DNA of 61,632 nucleotides, the filler included, from Choristocarpus tenellus KU-1152 (taxonomy: Eukaryota > Protista > Phaeophyceae): assembly GCA_964200185.2 (NCBI GenBank). It is 9 parts of 9 records of this genome, joined end to end, with 100 filler letters (N's around TTAATTAATTAA, not from the genome) between each part and the next. Parts side by side here need not be neighbours in the genome. Positions count along the whole stretch, not along the records: positions 25,555 to 28,623 come from CAXNAD020022538.1; positions 28,724 to 32,016 come from CAXNAD020020983.1; positions 32,117 to 34,729 come from CAXNAD020026269.1; positions 34,830 to 38,082 come from CAXNAD020021244.1; positions 38,183 to 42,294 come from CAXNAD020016149.1; 4 more parts are not named here. One strand, written 5' to 3'. The notes beneath the pieces are model-generated. The model saw only the letters and a list, made by a program, of their open reading frames with translations, made no database searches and was not told the origin of the DNA. The number at the start of each line of letters is the position of its first letter. Position 1 is the stretch's first letter. This document shows, piece after piece, positions 26,565 through 38,342 of this stretch. The translations under genes were made by a program, and so were the position numbers.

Positions 26565-27999
26565 TACGGTAGGGATGACCTAGAGAGCCTGATGGCGAGT
26601 CCAAATGCTCAAGATTGGGTGAAGATCTCGGAGATGCTTCTTGGTCCGGTCCCTGATGGCTTCAAGTTTGAGCCTAAGGTTAGAGCATGATGGGGCTTTG
26701 GGATTTGTTTTCTTGGGGGGGAATATCTACCTGTCTTGGGGAGAGGTTTGCAAGGTGTTCCGATGACTATTTTTTTTTAGTGAGATATATGAGAGAATGT
26801 GCTGCTGTTCAATTCTCCTCTTGGTGTTTTGTTTTATTGTCGTATGATGCTGTTTTGTGTGTCTAGCTGAGAGGATGGCGCCACCAAATAAGAGGTTACA
26901 TTTTCTCTAAGAAGTTGATGTTTGGGAATCTTCTGGTAATTTTCTGAATGTAGCAAAAGAGTTAGCGCTAGGAATTAGTGATGTTTTTACTGTATGAGTA
27001 CTAGAATTTCTTGGGTTTTTTTGGGGAGATACAGTACAGTGTCGTAACGTGGGAAGTTTTGAGGTTTTTTCTGAGTAGTTCCAGTACTATTTGGCGTCCT
27101 TTCGTCCTCTTTGGGGGTTATTGCTGATGATATGTTGTGTTATTTTCTGAACGTTGACTTCGTAGTTTTTCCGACAAATGTCCATCCCTCAATATTTCTT
27201 GGAAACAACAATGCAAGAAGACTCCTTACACATGTTGAGACACAAGAGTCTTCATTAGAGGTAAAAGTATCTTAGAGGGTAGGGTCACGTCCATTTGGGG
27301 GTCATAATCCAATGTTGCAATTTTCATGCAATTTTGGCTATCATGTTTGTTAGGAAGTGTCAATGTTCTTGTTCCAGGCACACCTTTTTTTTGATGTATA
27401 TATTTGAACTACTCTGAAATATTTCGGAGAAGGAAAATGTCATACGAACCTGTGGGAAGCCAAGCCCCAAACGGTCAGGCAGGGCAAAACTGGTATCCTC
27501 TAAGATGCTTTCACTCATTAGGAAACAAGTTTTTTCTTACATGTTTTGTTTTTCTGTACTGGCTCTTTTACAGACCTCCATTTTCTGCACACAGTTCCTT
27601 TGATTTTATGTCTGTGGTCTCAGCTGATAGCATTAATTGTTCCTTCTGCATATATGTATCCTTGATAAGTTATGGTCATCCTGACAAACAACAGGGTCAG
27701 TTCTTGACCAACTCAGTTTAGAACTGTAACTCATTTACTGCACAGTTTGTTTTCGTTTTTTTTTCTGCTACTCCATTAAGATGATCCACAGGTGGTGGCC
27801 TCTGTCAAAAAAAAAGTTCTAGTTTTTTCCTTTAGGAATTGGGGGATCCTTGCAGAGAGGGTAAAGTACTGAAGTATATTCCAGCTTTTTGTTTGTGCTA
27901 ACTTGTTTCCATGTGTCCCCTGTCTTTCACGTATTCCAACTATTTTTCCTCTCCATACAGCACAAGGCCAGCTCATACCAGCCCACCTCTAGTGCATAG
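26565..27999 (+). CDS. Last two exons of an unidentified protein gene
   Basis: Exon 26565-26678 ([38 protein letters not shown]) and exon 27961-27999 ([12 protein letters not shown]), with canonical splice sites in phase 0. Confidence 0.65.
27258..27516. mobile_element. MITE, same family as 24898-25155, inverted; 4-bp TSD ATTA
   Basis: GAGGTAAAAGTATCTTAGAGG...CCTCTAAGATGCTTTCACTC, with ATTA on both flanks. Confidence 0.75.
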
Positions 28000-29043
28000 G
28001 GAGATCCTACAATAGATCAACTGTCAAGAGTGACTTGGGCGGTGAGGTGTTCTATATACAGGAGAATACCTCACCTTGAACTGCATTGTGGGTGTCTGTC
28101 CCCTATCCTCAATTATTCATTGTACTTGAATCAATGAAGTGTTTGGAGCAGTTGGACAGCATTGTGTTCTTAGGATATTGTGCTCCCCTTCATCAATAAA
28201 TTCTTTGTCTGCCTTGTGCTGGAATCTTAGTGAAACGCTACTACAAATGCATGGTTCTATGTTGAAGTTGTGATGTTAGTACGAGGTCATGAAGTACCCT
28301 TTTAAAGAGCATGTTTGACGGAAGAAGTGTTTGGTATTTGTTGACATGATGCACATGAGTTCAAGATGCCGCTTGTTCATCTTGGAAAGTCACATGAGCA
28401 TCGTTGGCATTTTTGTGTCGTATTGGCAGGCATTGTTGGTCTTGTTTTCCTTTCTTGTCCAAATCAGGTCCAGAAAGCTCCACCATGATATTGTTTTGTT
28501 GCTGGCTTGGTGTGAAAAATTAGTGTTCGTGATTGAGAATACACAGAGTGCTTTTTCGCATGCCCTTCCAGCAACAACATGGATTCCACTGCCTTTCTGC
28601 GTGGCTCAAAGTATCTGGGGGGGNNNNNNNNNNNNNNNNNNNNNNNNNNNNNNNNNNNNNNNNNNNNTTAATTAATTAANNNNNNNNNNNNNNNNNNNNN
28701 NNNNNNNNNNNNNNNNNNNNNNNATACTTTAACAGGTGAGTCCCCATACAAGAAACGTTCACCCTTCGTGCAGCCTACACAGGAGCGTCTCTGAATGACC
28801 ATTATCGCAAACACACCGCCATGATTTAGCGCCTTTGGCGGATGTTGAGGCTTTCGTCCGTTCACGTAGCATGTATTAACATGTGGCTGACATGATGGTG
28901 TACCCAAGTGATTGTATTTGTTACCATTACAACCGTGTACACACCAGCTGCAAATGGCGGTAAAGCCAACATTTTCAGATTCGATGCGCTGTATTTTTCT
29001 TGCGTTTCCAACCATGTACACACCACCTATCAACAGTGGTAAT

Positions 29044-32016
29044 GGATCAAAGTATCTGGGGGGAGGGGGGTCTGCGCTGGGGCGTCCAAATGGACCCTTG
29101 TATGAAATGTGGGGGTGAGTTGGCGACAGGTGTATTTCATTCGCGTTTGTATATATTGGAGGTATGTAAATTATGTCCTTTGTGGAGCGGGGCATGCGAT
29201 ATCAATGTCGAAAAAGCGTCTTACGTGGGAGAGGGGAATGTGCGATCCTTGATTGTTGTCTCCATATATAAAGGGTGGAAGGAGGAACGCCGCATATAAA
29301 ATAACACACAAGAAGGGGGATGCGACGAATTCTTTCTGCGGTGATGTTCATTTTATTTGTGAAGTGAGAATATCTGCTTTTTCTAGCAAACACACAGAGA
29401 AGTAAATTAAACTTCCGATGTTAAATTTCTATATATACATTTCAAACTACTACAACATTTAATATCTACCGATAGTCGTAAGGAAAATAATTGACCAAGA
29501 AACAGGTTGTAACCGTCTATAAGCAAAAATCAACACAATATCCAAATGTGAGGCAGCACACGTACACCTAAAAGGAACGACATAGGTGTAACATCCAATT
29601 GTAATTAAAATGCAAAATGAACCCTGCCTCAACAACACACGTCCGACTTCTACTTATGATAGGACAGGATGTCCACGGGAGGCATGATATCCTGGATGGA
29701 TGAGGGGAGGGGATGACAGACGACTACGAATTTCGAGAAGATTGTAGCGCGTCCAACTCACTGCAACCTCTGTTCCATATTACGTTCATATAGGACTGGT
29801 CCAGAACCAGGATCTCGGCTCCGCGTTAGGCTCTGTGCTGTATTGTTGTAGAAGAAGCTGGATATTTCGCACCTCGCCATTCTCCCATTTCACCTTATAG
29901 GAGTAGCTGAGTCGCTCCTCTCCCACCGACTCCGTATGGCGGGGCTGGTAGTTGGTGACGGTCCCTCGCATCCACTGCTCGTCCATTCGAAAATACAATC
30001 CCCTGCCCTTGGCTCTTGAATGAAGTGTCCCTCCCCCGTCCAAAACTGGCACAACCCTCAATGATGATTCGAGGAGGATGTATGTCCCGGTATCCTTCTC
30101 CTCCTCTCTACGGTTCGCCTGTAGAGTCATCAGCGCCTTGTGTTTGTTGGCACGCTGGGCTGCAGTCTTATCGCGGTCCCTTTTCTCCTTCTCCTGTAGT
30201 TGTTCGACCCCCTCCTCGATCTCGTCCTCTGCCATGAATGACCTCAGCCCAGGTGGCAAGGAGGTCTAACCATACACACCTTGGTAACGCACAGAGTAGA
30301 TACATGCCCCGAAATCTTCTATGTCAACGTCGCAGACATCCCCCCGGACGATAGCATCTCCACTCCTGCATAGGATGATAGTGGTGCCTCGGCCGAACTT
30401 GGCATTGGATGTGTCTCCACGTCTGCGTTGTCTCGAGAAGCGAACAGGGATCCCGCCGAGGGATTACCGATTAGATTCCACAGTGAATCTCTGGTATTGA
30501 CCGGGGATGATGGTGTATCGTCGAGGTTGTTACGACGAAGGTGTGTGAAGTCAGGGTCGACTATAGCCTGAAGGGGGACGACACGGGGACCCGGTTGAGC
30601 GGCCTGCAGATCAATCACGTTTTTTGTGTTGATGGGGTTGGGGTGGCGGGTTAGACCTTGAAGACCATCGTGTGAGAGACAGTGTTGATAGTGGATAGTT
30701 GTTGTTTGGCGGAGTTTCGTGCCCATGGTAATATGAACCAAAAACGAATATTAACAATGACAAACTCGAAGGGAAAAAATTCTACACAGAACAATATAAT
30801 TTATTATACAATATTGTAAAATTCTCCAACCTATGTGATTTTATGTTTCAAAGTAATTGGACGCATTTTCGTTTGTATTTACAACAGAATAATATTTAGT
30901 AGGAATCTCGGGTGCCGCACCCGATCCGCATGTGAGAGACGAACTGTCGGCACTCCATCAACGAAAGTGGCAGTCAACATCTCGAAATCTTCCCTCACAA
31001 ACACCACCTTATCACCAGCACTGAACATCCCTCCGTAGCTGGAATGGTCCCTGGAGTTCCATTTCACGGTCTCCTTGTCGTGTATGGTGAACGGCAGGAA
31101 CTCCAACCCATCGTATTCCGACGGCTCCGTCCGCACAATGCATACATTCCCCACTACGAACTGCCTCTTCTTCCTAAAGAGATGGCTCCTACGGTACATA
31201 TCACACACGTCGTCCTCGAGGGAAAATCCGAGACAGGCACGTGAGTGCCCTGCCACTTGCAGCCCGCCAGATTGCCAATTGAATAGCTGGTGCAGTAGCG
31301 CGACACCTCGATTACATGACCTTGGATAAGTTACCGTTGCCACTTGGACTGGTGAAGAACTTGTTCATGGACTTGATGCCGCTGAACTGGGGGACACGGT
31401 GATCATGTCATCCCTTCCGATCAATCTTGTAAGCTGGGAGGTGAACGATCTCCTGTCTCCTGATGGTATCATTCTGGAGTAGTTTGCTAATATCTTGGTG
31501 TGTATTCTGTCGTCGCTGTCCACCCAGTCCTAAATAGTACGGTGTTGTCGTGTGGCAGAAACTTAGATGTACATACTCCTCACTATGTTAAGTACGAGGA
31601 TATCAAAGCTGCGGAATGATAGCGAGAGGAAACAATATTGAATATAGTGCAGTCGGATTGTTTCTTTTTTAATGTGATACTGATGTGCAAACGGTGATAT
31701 AAACTCACCAACAACATATCTTCTTTCGTATGCTTCAAACCTTAGAGGAAGAAACACACACAGGGTTGGATGCTGGAACAAATGTGTTGATACTCCTCGT
31801 GTGTGGTGGTTTGTGGAGAAGTGAATATCAGTCAAAGTTGTTGTTAATTGTGTTTATGCCCTGATTGTCAAGGCGGGTTGTAACAGTTAGTTGCTGGAGA
31901 TTCCAGAGATTTTCTACTTAGGGGGAGTAGGGGGACGTACCAAGAAATGTCGATACTAGTTGGAGATTATAACGTATGTGGAATAAAAGGGAGGATCTGT
32001 CGAGTGTGTGGATGGG
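29044..32016 (-). mobile_element. Putative large DNA transposon (one end visible) carrying a degenerate ORF with Tudor/SH3-like barrels
   Basis: 29044-29092 (GGATCAAAGTATCTGGGGGGAGG..GTCCAAATGG) is the TIR of the AAAGTATCT MITE family. Minus-strand ORFs 30879-31343, ~30400-30270 and 29786-30259 read toward it, interrupted by stops and frameshifts. Confidence 0.45.
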
Positions 32017-33720
32017 NNNNNNNNNNNNNNNNNNNNNNNNNNNNNNNNNNNNNNNNNNNNTTAATTAATTAANNNNNNNNNNNNNNNNNNNNNNNNNNNN
32101 NNNNNNNNNNNNNNNNCCACCCCCCCTCAGTCCAACGATGATTACAACCGTAATTATATTTTTATTATTATTATTATTATTAGAAAAACAATAAAATGTT
32201 TCTCGCTTCAGAATCAACTCAGACGATAGAAAATATAAATTTTCTTTTTTTCTTACCGTAAACAAAGCGCAATTCGCATAGAAGGAACGGAGTCCAATTC
32301 CATCACCACTGTTGAAAGTACGGCGAGCAGCGAAATCTACGTGATGACATCATCGACAACCCAACCGATTTCCAACAAATAAACCCAAATACACCCAAAC
32401 AACTTCGACAACGGCAGCGTCCACATGGACAAACACAACAAACATAGCATGCCTCCTGTGCTTTTCAAGATCGGCAAGGGATAAGAGCTGGCATGCATAT
32501 GAGAGGGGCGGGAGAGGATGACAGGCCGCACCCACATCACTAGGCCAGTCATCACAAAACCATGTTCTAGAGGGGAAGTCCAAGGATACCCATTTTGCCA
32601 ATTTATCGTCCCACTGTTCTGGAAGCAGAGGACGCAACATCGCTAACAGAGTATTCCGTACAAAAACTGTGTTGAAATGGGACAAGTATCTGACCAAGCA
32701 CCCCCTACACCTATCAAACCCAACTGGAAATGGATATCCATGGCTGCTGTCGTAATTTCAAGAACTCAGCCTGAGAGGTGATGCACGGCTCAACACCTGC
32801 TCCTTCCTAACTGATCCCCAGCCCCTTGCATATTCACACCATTGACTGACTGCTTCGTACTTTAAAAAAAAATTTCACCAGATTTCAACATTTAAAAAGA
32901 GTCAACACAATACCCCTTCCGGATAAGCAGGATCATGCCCGACCCTCCCTTTTCTCCAATCTGTAAAAATCCAATGCACTATCTAACAATAGAACAATGG
33001 TGAAATAGTAAAAATTAAAAAGGTAGGGGACCAACCACACTGACTGCGCTGCACCATCAATGTTCAATGATCACTAGAGGGTCAGAATATATCATTGTTT
33101 CCAAACATTTTGAACTGTGGGAACAGAGGGAACAGAGGTGGCTTGAGAGACTCCATTGGTCCCTGAACCCAAGCACAACTGCTAAAACATGTAAGCGCTT
33201 CAGATGCACAAAAGGGAAAAAAAAAAAATTGGTGCCAAAAAAAAAAAGAAGGGACCTTGTCATAATACACCACAGGTTTGTGTTCTTTTGGGCCCTTTCT
33301 ACTTTCTCAGCACGAGTGACCCCCATCACGGCACCAAACAGGGCTCAGTGACATGCCCAACACTGCAGTGGCTTTAAGGAACCCTCACCTCATGGCAGGT
33401 TCACACAAGGGCACAAGCTTCCCACACGCGACACTTGGAATATCTCCTACTACTTGCATTGCCTTTCATTTTTACAGTTGCCTTGCCCTTTTGCGACGCA
33501 ATAGAGCCTTCAAGTTTTTCTAGTCAGTCTCAATAAGCCTAGCACTTGAACAACACAAAACAACACTTACAACCATTAAACCAGAGATGAACCCACCCTG
33601 TAGTCCACTAATGATAGTATTGATCTGAAAGTCCTACAGCCTATTATTCACAGCACGCTTTGTGTAATCTTATGTTCCCACCCTCTGCCCCCCAGACCAC
33701 ACTGCCTGCAACTCTCTGAC

Positions 33721-34098
33721 CTTGGACTGGAGTAGCTCCTTTCCGTTCTCCTCCGACAGCACCACCAGAGCTGTGCCGCCAAGGCTTTCCACAAACCTGC
33801 AAGATATGTGTCCCGTTCCCCTGTCATCCCACTGACCCTCCTCATTTAGCTGATAAAGCTTCACGCGCCATCCAGCCTTCATCCCTGCACTCCCATTCTC
33901 GCTCACTCCGCCTTCTCCGTCTCCGTCAGTACCTAACCTCCCATCAGCTTCTGTCATCATACTCCCCTCAGAATTACCAACTGTTTCCGTTAATATGGAC
34001 GTAGAGGCTGGCTGAGTAGACATCCCCGGCCCCGGCCCCTCAGAGCTATCAACCAAGGAAGGGGAAGGAGGAGAGGAGGAAGGCATGGTGGTGGCCAT
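33721..34098 (-). CDS. PPP4R3: Protein phosphatase 4 regulatory subunit 3 (SMEK/Psy2), exon 1 with start of the EVH1-like domain
   Basis: RVKLYQLNEEGQWDDRGTGHISC...LVVLSEENGKELLQSK|gtcaga is the conserved PP4R3 N-terminus, preceded by an S/P/G-rich extension. Confidence 0.85.
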
Positions 34099-34999
34099 CA
34101 CAGGTGTAGTGCAGAAAATGAGGATCGACTGCACAATGCGTTATCCCTCAACACCGGTGCAGTTCACTCCCCCTTGTACCCAAGCCCAGCCCCCCCTTCC
34201 CTGCTTTATGATCCTCTATTAATTCCTCGGTCAATATGTTCCTGTTAAAGGAAAAAGCTGATCTCCCTGCGACGACTTACCAGAGCCTCGGCTATCACGC
34301 CGATCCCGGTAGGGTCTAGGTCACTACTCCCTGAGCATCCTCCGCAAACTGGTCACAAGTGAGATGTTGTCCCCAAGGGCCCGTCCAGGAGCCACACAAC
34401 TCTGGTATAGAATTTCGTGTCTCTTCGTTTCTCTTCTCCACTCACAAAGGAGTCAGATCTTAGTGCATTCGCAGCGGTGTACGTAGGGGGGCATATTCAG
34501 GAGCAAAGTCAACGACGTCACCCCGACGGGTAGGGTTGATTGAAGGCATACCTATATTAAACTTAACTACCAGCCCCTAACCCCCACATCTACAAATAAA
34601 GGGAGATTTGTTGAACTTGCGTGGTCCTTGGGTCTTGTCCCAGTAAGGTGACCACGCCAACAGTATGTAACACCAATCCATCCATGGGCAACGTTCGGTG
34701 TATCAACTATATGCAATTCAAAGTTCAAGNNNNNNNNNNNNNNNNNNNNNNNNNNNNNNNNNNNNNNNNNNNNTTAATTAATTAANNNNNNNNNNNNNNN
34801 NNNNNNNNNNNNNNNNNNNNNNNNNNNNNCCCCCCCCTCCTAACCACACTGACCCATTGAAAAAAAAATAACACCCCCGGGCTTGCCCCCCCCCCCCCCC
34901 CCCCATCATCACACTCAATCACGAGCAATCAAGAAGTTGGGTGGGTGAGGGGAAAAGATTTCTGTAAGTACTTCCTGCATGCCTCCCCTGCCTTGTATC

Positions 35000-36400
35000 C
35001 TTCTCCTCCCCATCTTTTCCAATAACCTATTTCAGGCCCTCGCGGTAGACCACCTAATCCTTCAATTTTCCCGTCTCCTCTCTTCGATCAACAAAAACTT
35101 GAGTTTCTCTACATCCATCAAGATATGATGTCAACCCTTTTCACTGCCGAAAATTCCAAGTAATTAACTGATTAGCTGTCGCCAATTTCTCCCGCCCACA
35201 AAACTCAAATTGACTCATAATCTACACTATGTTTAGCTCACACAAAATATGGATTAATTAACTATTCATTCGCTTTCTTTTGTTCTTCTCCTTACCATTC
35301 CAACGCCCGTCCATCACTTCCATCTTTCATTTATCCCTAAACCTTGTCTTGCTAACCACACCACCAATCCATGCTGCCATCAGCATATCTCCACTCATTC
35401 ACCTCCTTACTGCATTGAACCTTTGAACTAGAAGGCATCTAGTGTATCCTCAAGCTTGACCTCCCCACAGAGTAGATAAGCTACAGGTGTCTAATTTATT
35501 TGCTCCTGAAGACCACCTCTTGCACCAGGTACTCCCATTTTTTGCTCTCTTCCGTCAGTCTTTTTGATACCCACACCTGATCCCTCTTGCCCAGATATAC
35601 ACCATAGCACTTTTCAGCAGAGGGCACAACTGCTCCTCTGGCAAACTCGACTGCAACACATTCAAAAACAAGTGTCGGTCCTCCCCGACCCAGGGATCGC
35701 TCCTTGCCAATTCTTAACTTATGTGACCAGAGGTGATGCTAATGGGGACAACAATTCTGGTGTTCACCAGTTTAGCAACTGTGGAGGGTTAACAGGTCAG
35801 ATAGCAGGGGGAGGGGGGTTGACATGGATTATGGGTGAGCTGGAGATATTCAGGGGTTGATACTTTAAGGCTGAACACGTAACAAGGAAGAGGAATGTGT
35901 TGCAGATGGCATTCCTAGGTGGACTAAGGATAGCTCTTACCACTCCACCCTCCCCAATAGCTACTATGATGAGTTACGCAGCTTCGGCCTTTCTCAACAA
36001 TCCAAACGCCTCTCTTGCTCCCCTTAATACAACCTAGGTCATATCTGTTTTGATGCTATCAAGGAACTCATACCTTCAGTATCGCCACATTTCTACAGCT
36101 TACCCCCCCTTAATCCTGTATAAACATGTATCAGACCAAAATGGGAGAGGTTGTCACTGGCGGGCGCAGAACAAAATTGATAAATGGGGGTCCTCAGATT
36201 CTCTCCACCCTCTACATGATACCCACTCCACCAACATTGGTCTTCGATAAAATGTTTCCCTATCCTGAAACATCTATCTCTTCACCCCTCCCCTCTGTAA
36301 TATGTCATCTCAGACCTCTTCCTCCTGGTGGTCTACCCAATCCAACCCCATTTTCTAGTGGAAAGCTGGTTTTATACAAAGCTTTTGTTGTTAGATGAGG
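35000..36400 (-). mobile_element. Highly degenerate LINE ORF2 relic
   Basis: Traces of an RT motif (FPLENGV..G.P) near 36350 and a C-terminal LCGE..LED knuckle near 35460; many stops. Confidence 0.4.
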
Positions 36401-37429
36401 AGATGAGACAGAAATTCTGAGAAACCAAAAGAGAATTTAAAATGGAACTTTATACTATTTACGTTTATATTGAAATTGATGCCTTTGGTTGGTGGAACCA
36501 ACCCCATTGCTTATCTCTGAGTCAGAGCAAAAGAGAGGTATCCAGTTTTTGTCCGTTTTGCATTTTAAGCCAGCCTTTCACTCTTTTGCAATTCACTCAT
36601 ATTTCGATGGATGAAATGCCCAGTCTGAGTTGAGAGGGTTTGTTTGTCTATTGTTTGAAAGATTTCAACATAATTCAGAAAATATTCTACACATATTTGA
36701 AAAAAATAACAATTTTTGCACATATTTGCCGAGAACCTTTAAATGCACCACTGGGTACCTTTTGCTTACTTTGTCGCATAAAAAAGTCCTTTTTTGGTAC
36801 TTTATTGTGCCCATTTTAGTAAGATAGCATTATTGAGGTTGGAAAATACGCATATAGATTGAGAGCGCACGTCATCTATTGAGGACTTGTATCAGGAGAA
36901 GAAAGGCTCATAAAATAACAATGCAGGTAAATTTCATATTGATAATTTCAGAGCATGTACGCCATAGAAACTTAAAATCCACAAACTTTCATACTATTTC
37001 AAGGAGTAATTTGGAAGTTGAAATCTCATTCTGATTATATTATGTCTTTCCATTATACAGAGTCCAAGTAGTCTTTTTATAGACATCAAATATGATACAA
37101 CCCCATCCCCCTTATTTGCATATTGTGGAAAGCCTACATATCTGCGATAACATCAGCCTCTAGTAGAACAACTATACTGCGATGAAGGTATTTTACAAGT
37201 ATGAGCATTCCAACCTTACGGGCTACTCCTCCGACTACACTGCATCCTAAACCCACAAATTGTACAGTCAAACTTGGAAGAATACAGAGTAAATATGCTT
37301 TCGTTCATTATATATATGATATCCCGTGGTGTGTGTGTGAGTTGTTGTTGTTCTTCAACTTGCTCTAGAGATGTGTGTCAAGGTAGGAACACCCGAAATC
37401 TTTTTTTCCCCCTGGATAAGGGAGGGATG

Positions 37430-38063
37430 AAGATCCTACCATCAAGATCTGGGGCCCAACAGGGAGATCCTCTTATATTTCATGGCAACACACAAGGCCT
37501 TGCAACAGGTCCAATCAGTCTTTGGACCCAAAGGGATATCCTCCCGAAGCTACCTGGACGACACATCCATATCAGCTAGAGAGATAGGCCCTAGCACTAT
37601 AGCTGCTTTCATGCAGTTAAAAAATGACCTCCATGAGGTAGGCATTAACCTCAATATGGACAAGATCTTTGCCGCACCTCCCCAGGGCCAACAACCCATG
37701 CCCTCGGAACTGGAGCTTCTCTCTACAGCTGTAATCAACCTAGCCCCGAACCCCAATGGTTTTGTCACGTTAGGGGCTCCGGTGGGAACAGATGGTTCCA
37801 ATCAAGCTCACATAGCTGAGGTGATCGAGAGCTCTAGGACATGAGCTTTGGCCACACAGCACCTCAGCGAGATGGAGGACAAGCAGGTGACCTGGCTCCT
37901 CATCTCCTGGTCCCTCTCCTCCCGGCTAGGCTATCTAGTGAGGGTCACTCCCCCCCTCCTGGCACGCTCCACCATGGAGCAAGCAGATAACACCTCACTA
38001 TGGGCACTAGAGAGGATAATGGAGGTGTAAGACTTAACAGAAGACGCAGACTTTTTTGAAGGA
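37430..38063 (+). mobile_element. CRE-like non-LTR retrotransposon, reverse-transcriptase fragment
   Basis: SGAQQGDPL, SYLDDT, GINLNMDK, TLGAPVGT, LGYLVRVTPP motifs, with a frameshift and a stop. The 3' part matches 8880-8985 (-). Confidence 0.85.
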
Positions 38064-38342
38064 GACCCAAAGTATCTGGGGGNNNNNNNNNNNNNNNNNN
38101 NNNNNNNNNNNNNNNNNNNNNNNNNNTTAATTAATTAANNNNNNNNNNNNNNNNNNNNNNNNNNNNNNNNNNNNNNNNNNNNGGGGGAGGGTCTACACAA
38201 GGGTGTCCATTTGGGTAAAAAATCAGGAAAAGTGTATTTACATTATCCATCGGACATATGCAACCAAATCACCCCAAAATCACGACATGAACAAATTGAC
38301 CCCAAATGGACAGCCGCCACCCCCTCCCAGATAATTTGGGCC
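38064..38342. mobile_element. MITE of the AAAGTATCT-TIR family (G-rich subfamily), spanning an assembly gap
   Basis: GACCCAAAGTATCTGGGGG[gap]GGGGAGGGTCTAC..GTCCATTTGGG...CCCAAATGGAC..CCCAGATAATTTGGGCC. Near-identical copy at 57489-57640. Confidence 0.7.

Noticed and set aside
32337-32770. Minus-strand ORF as a continuation of PP4R3
   Set aside because: It lacks the expected next PP4R3 motif (Y.RQ..TII.W...LALSFQ); identity unknown.
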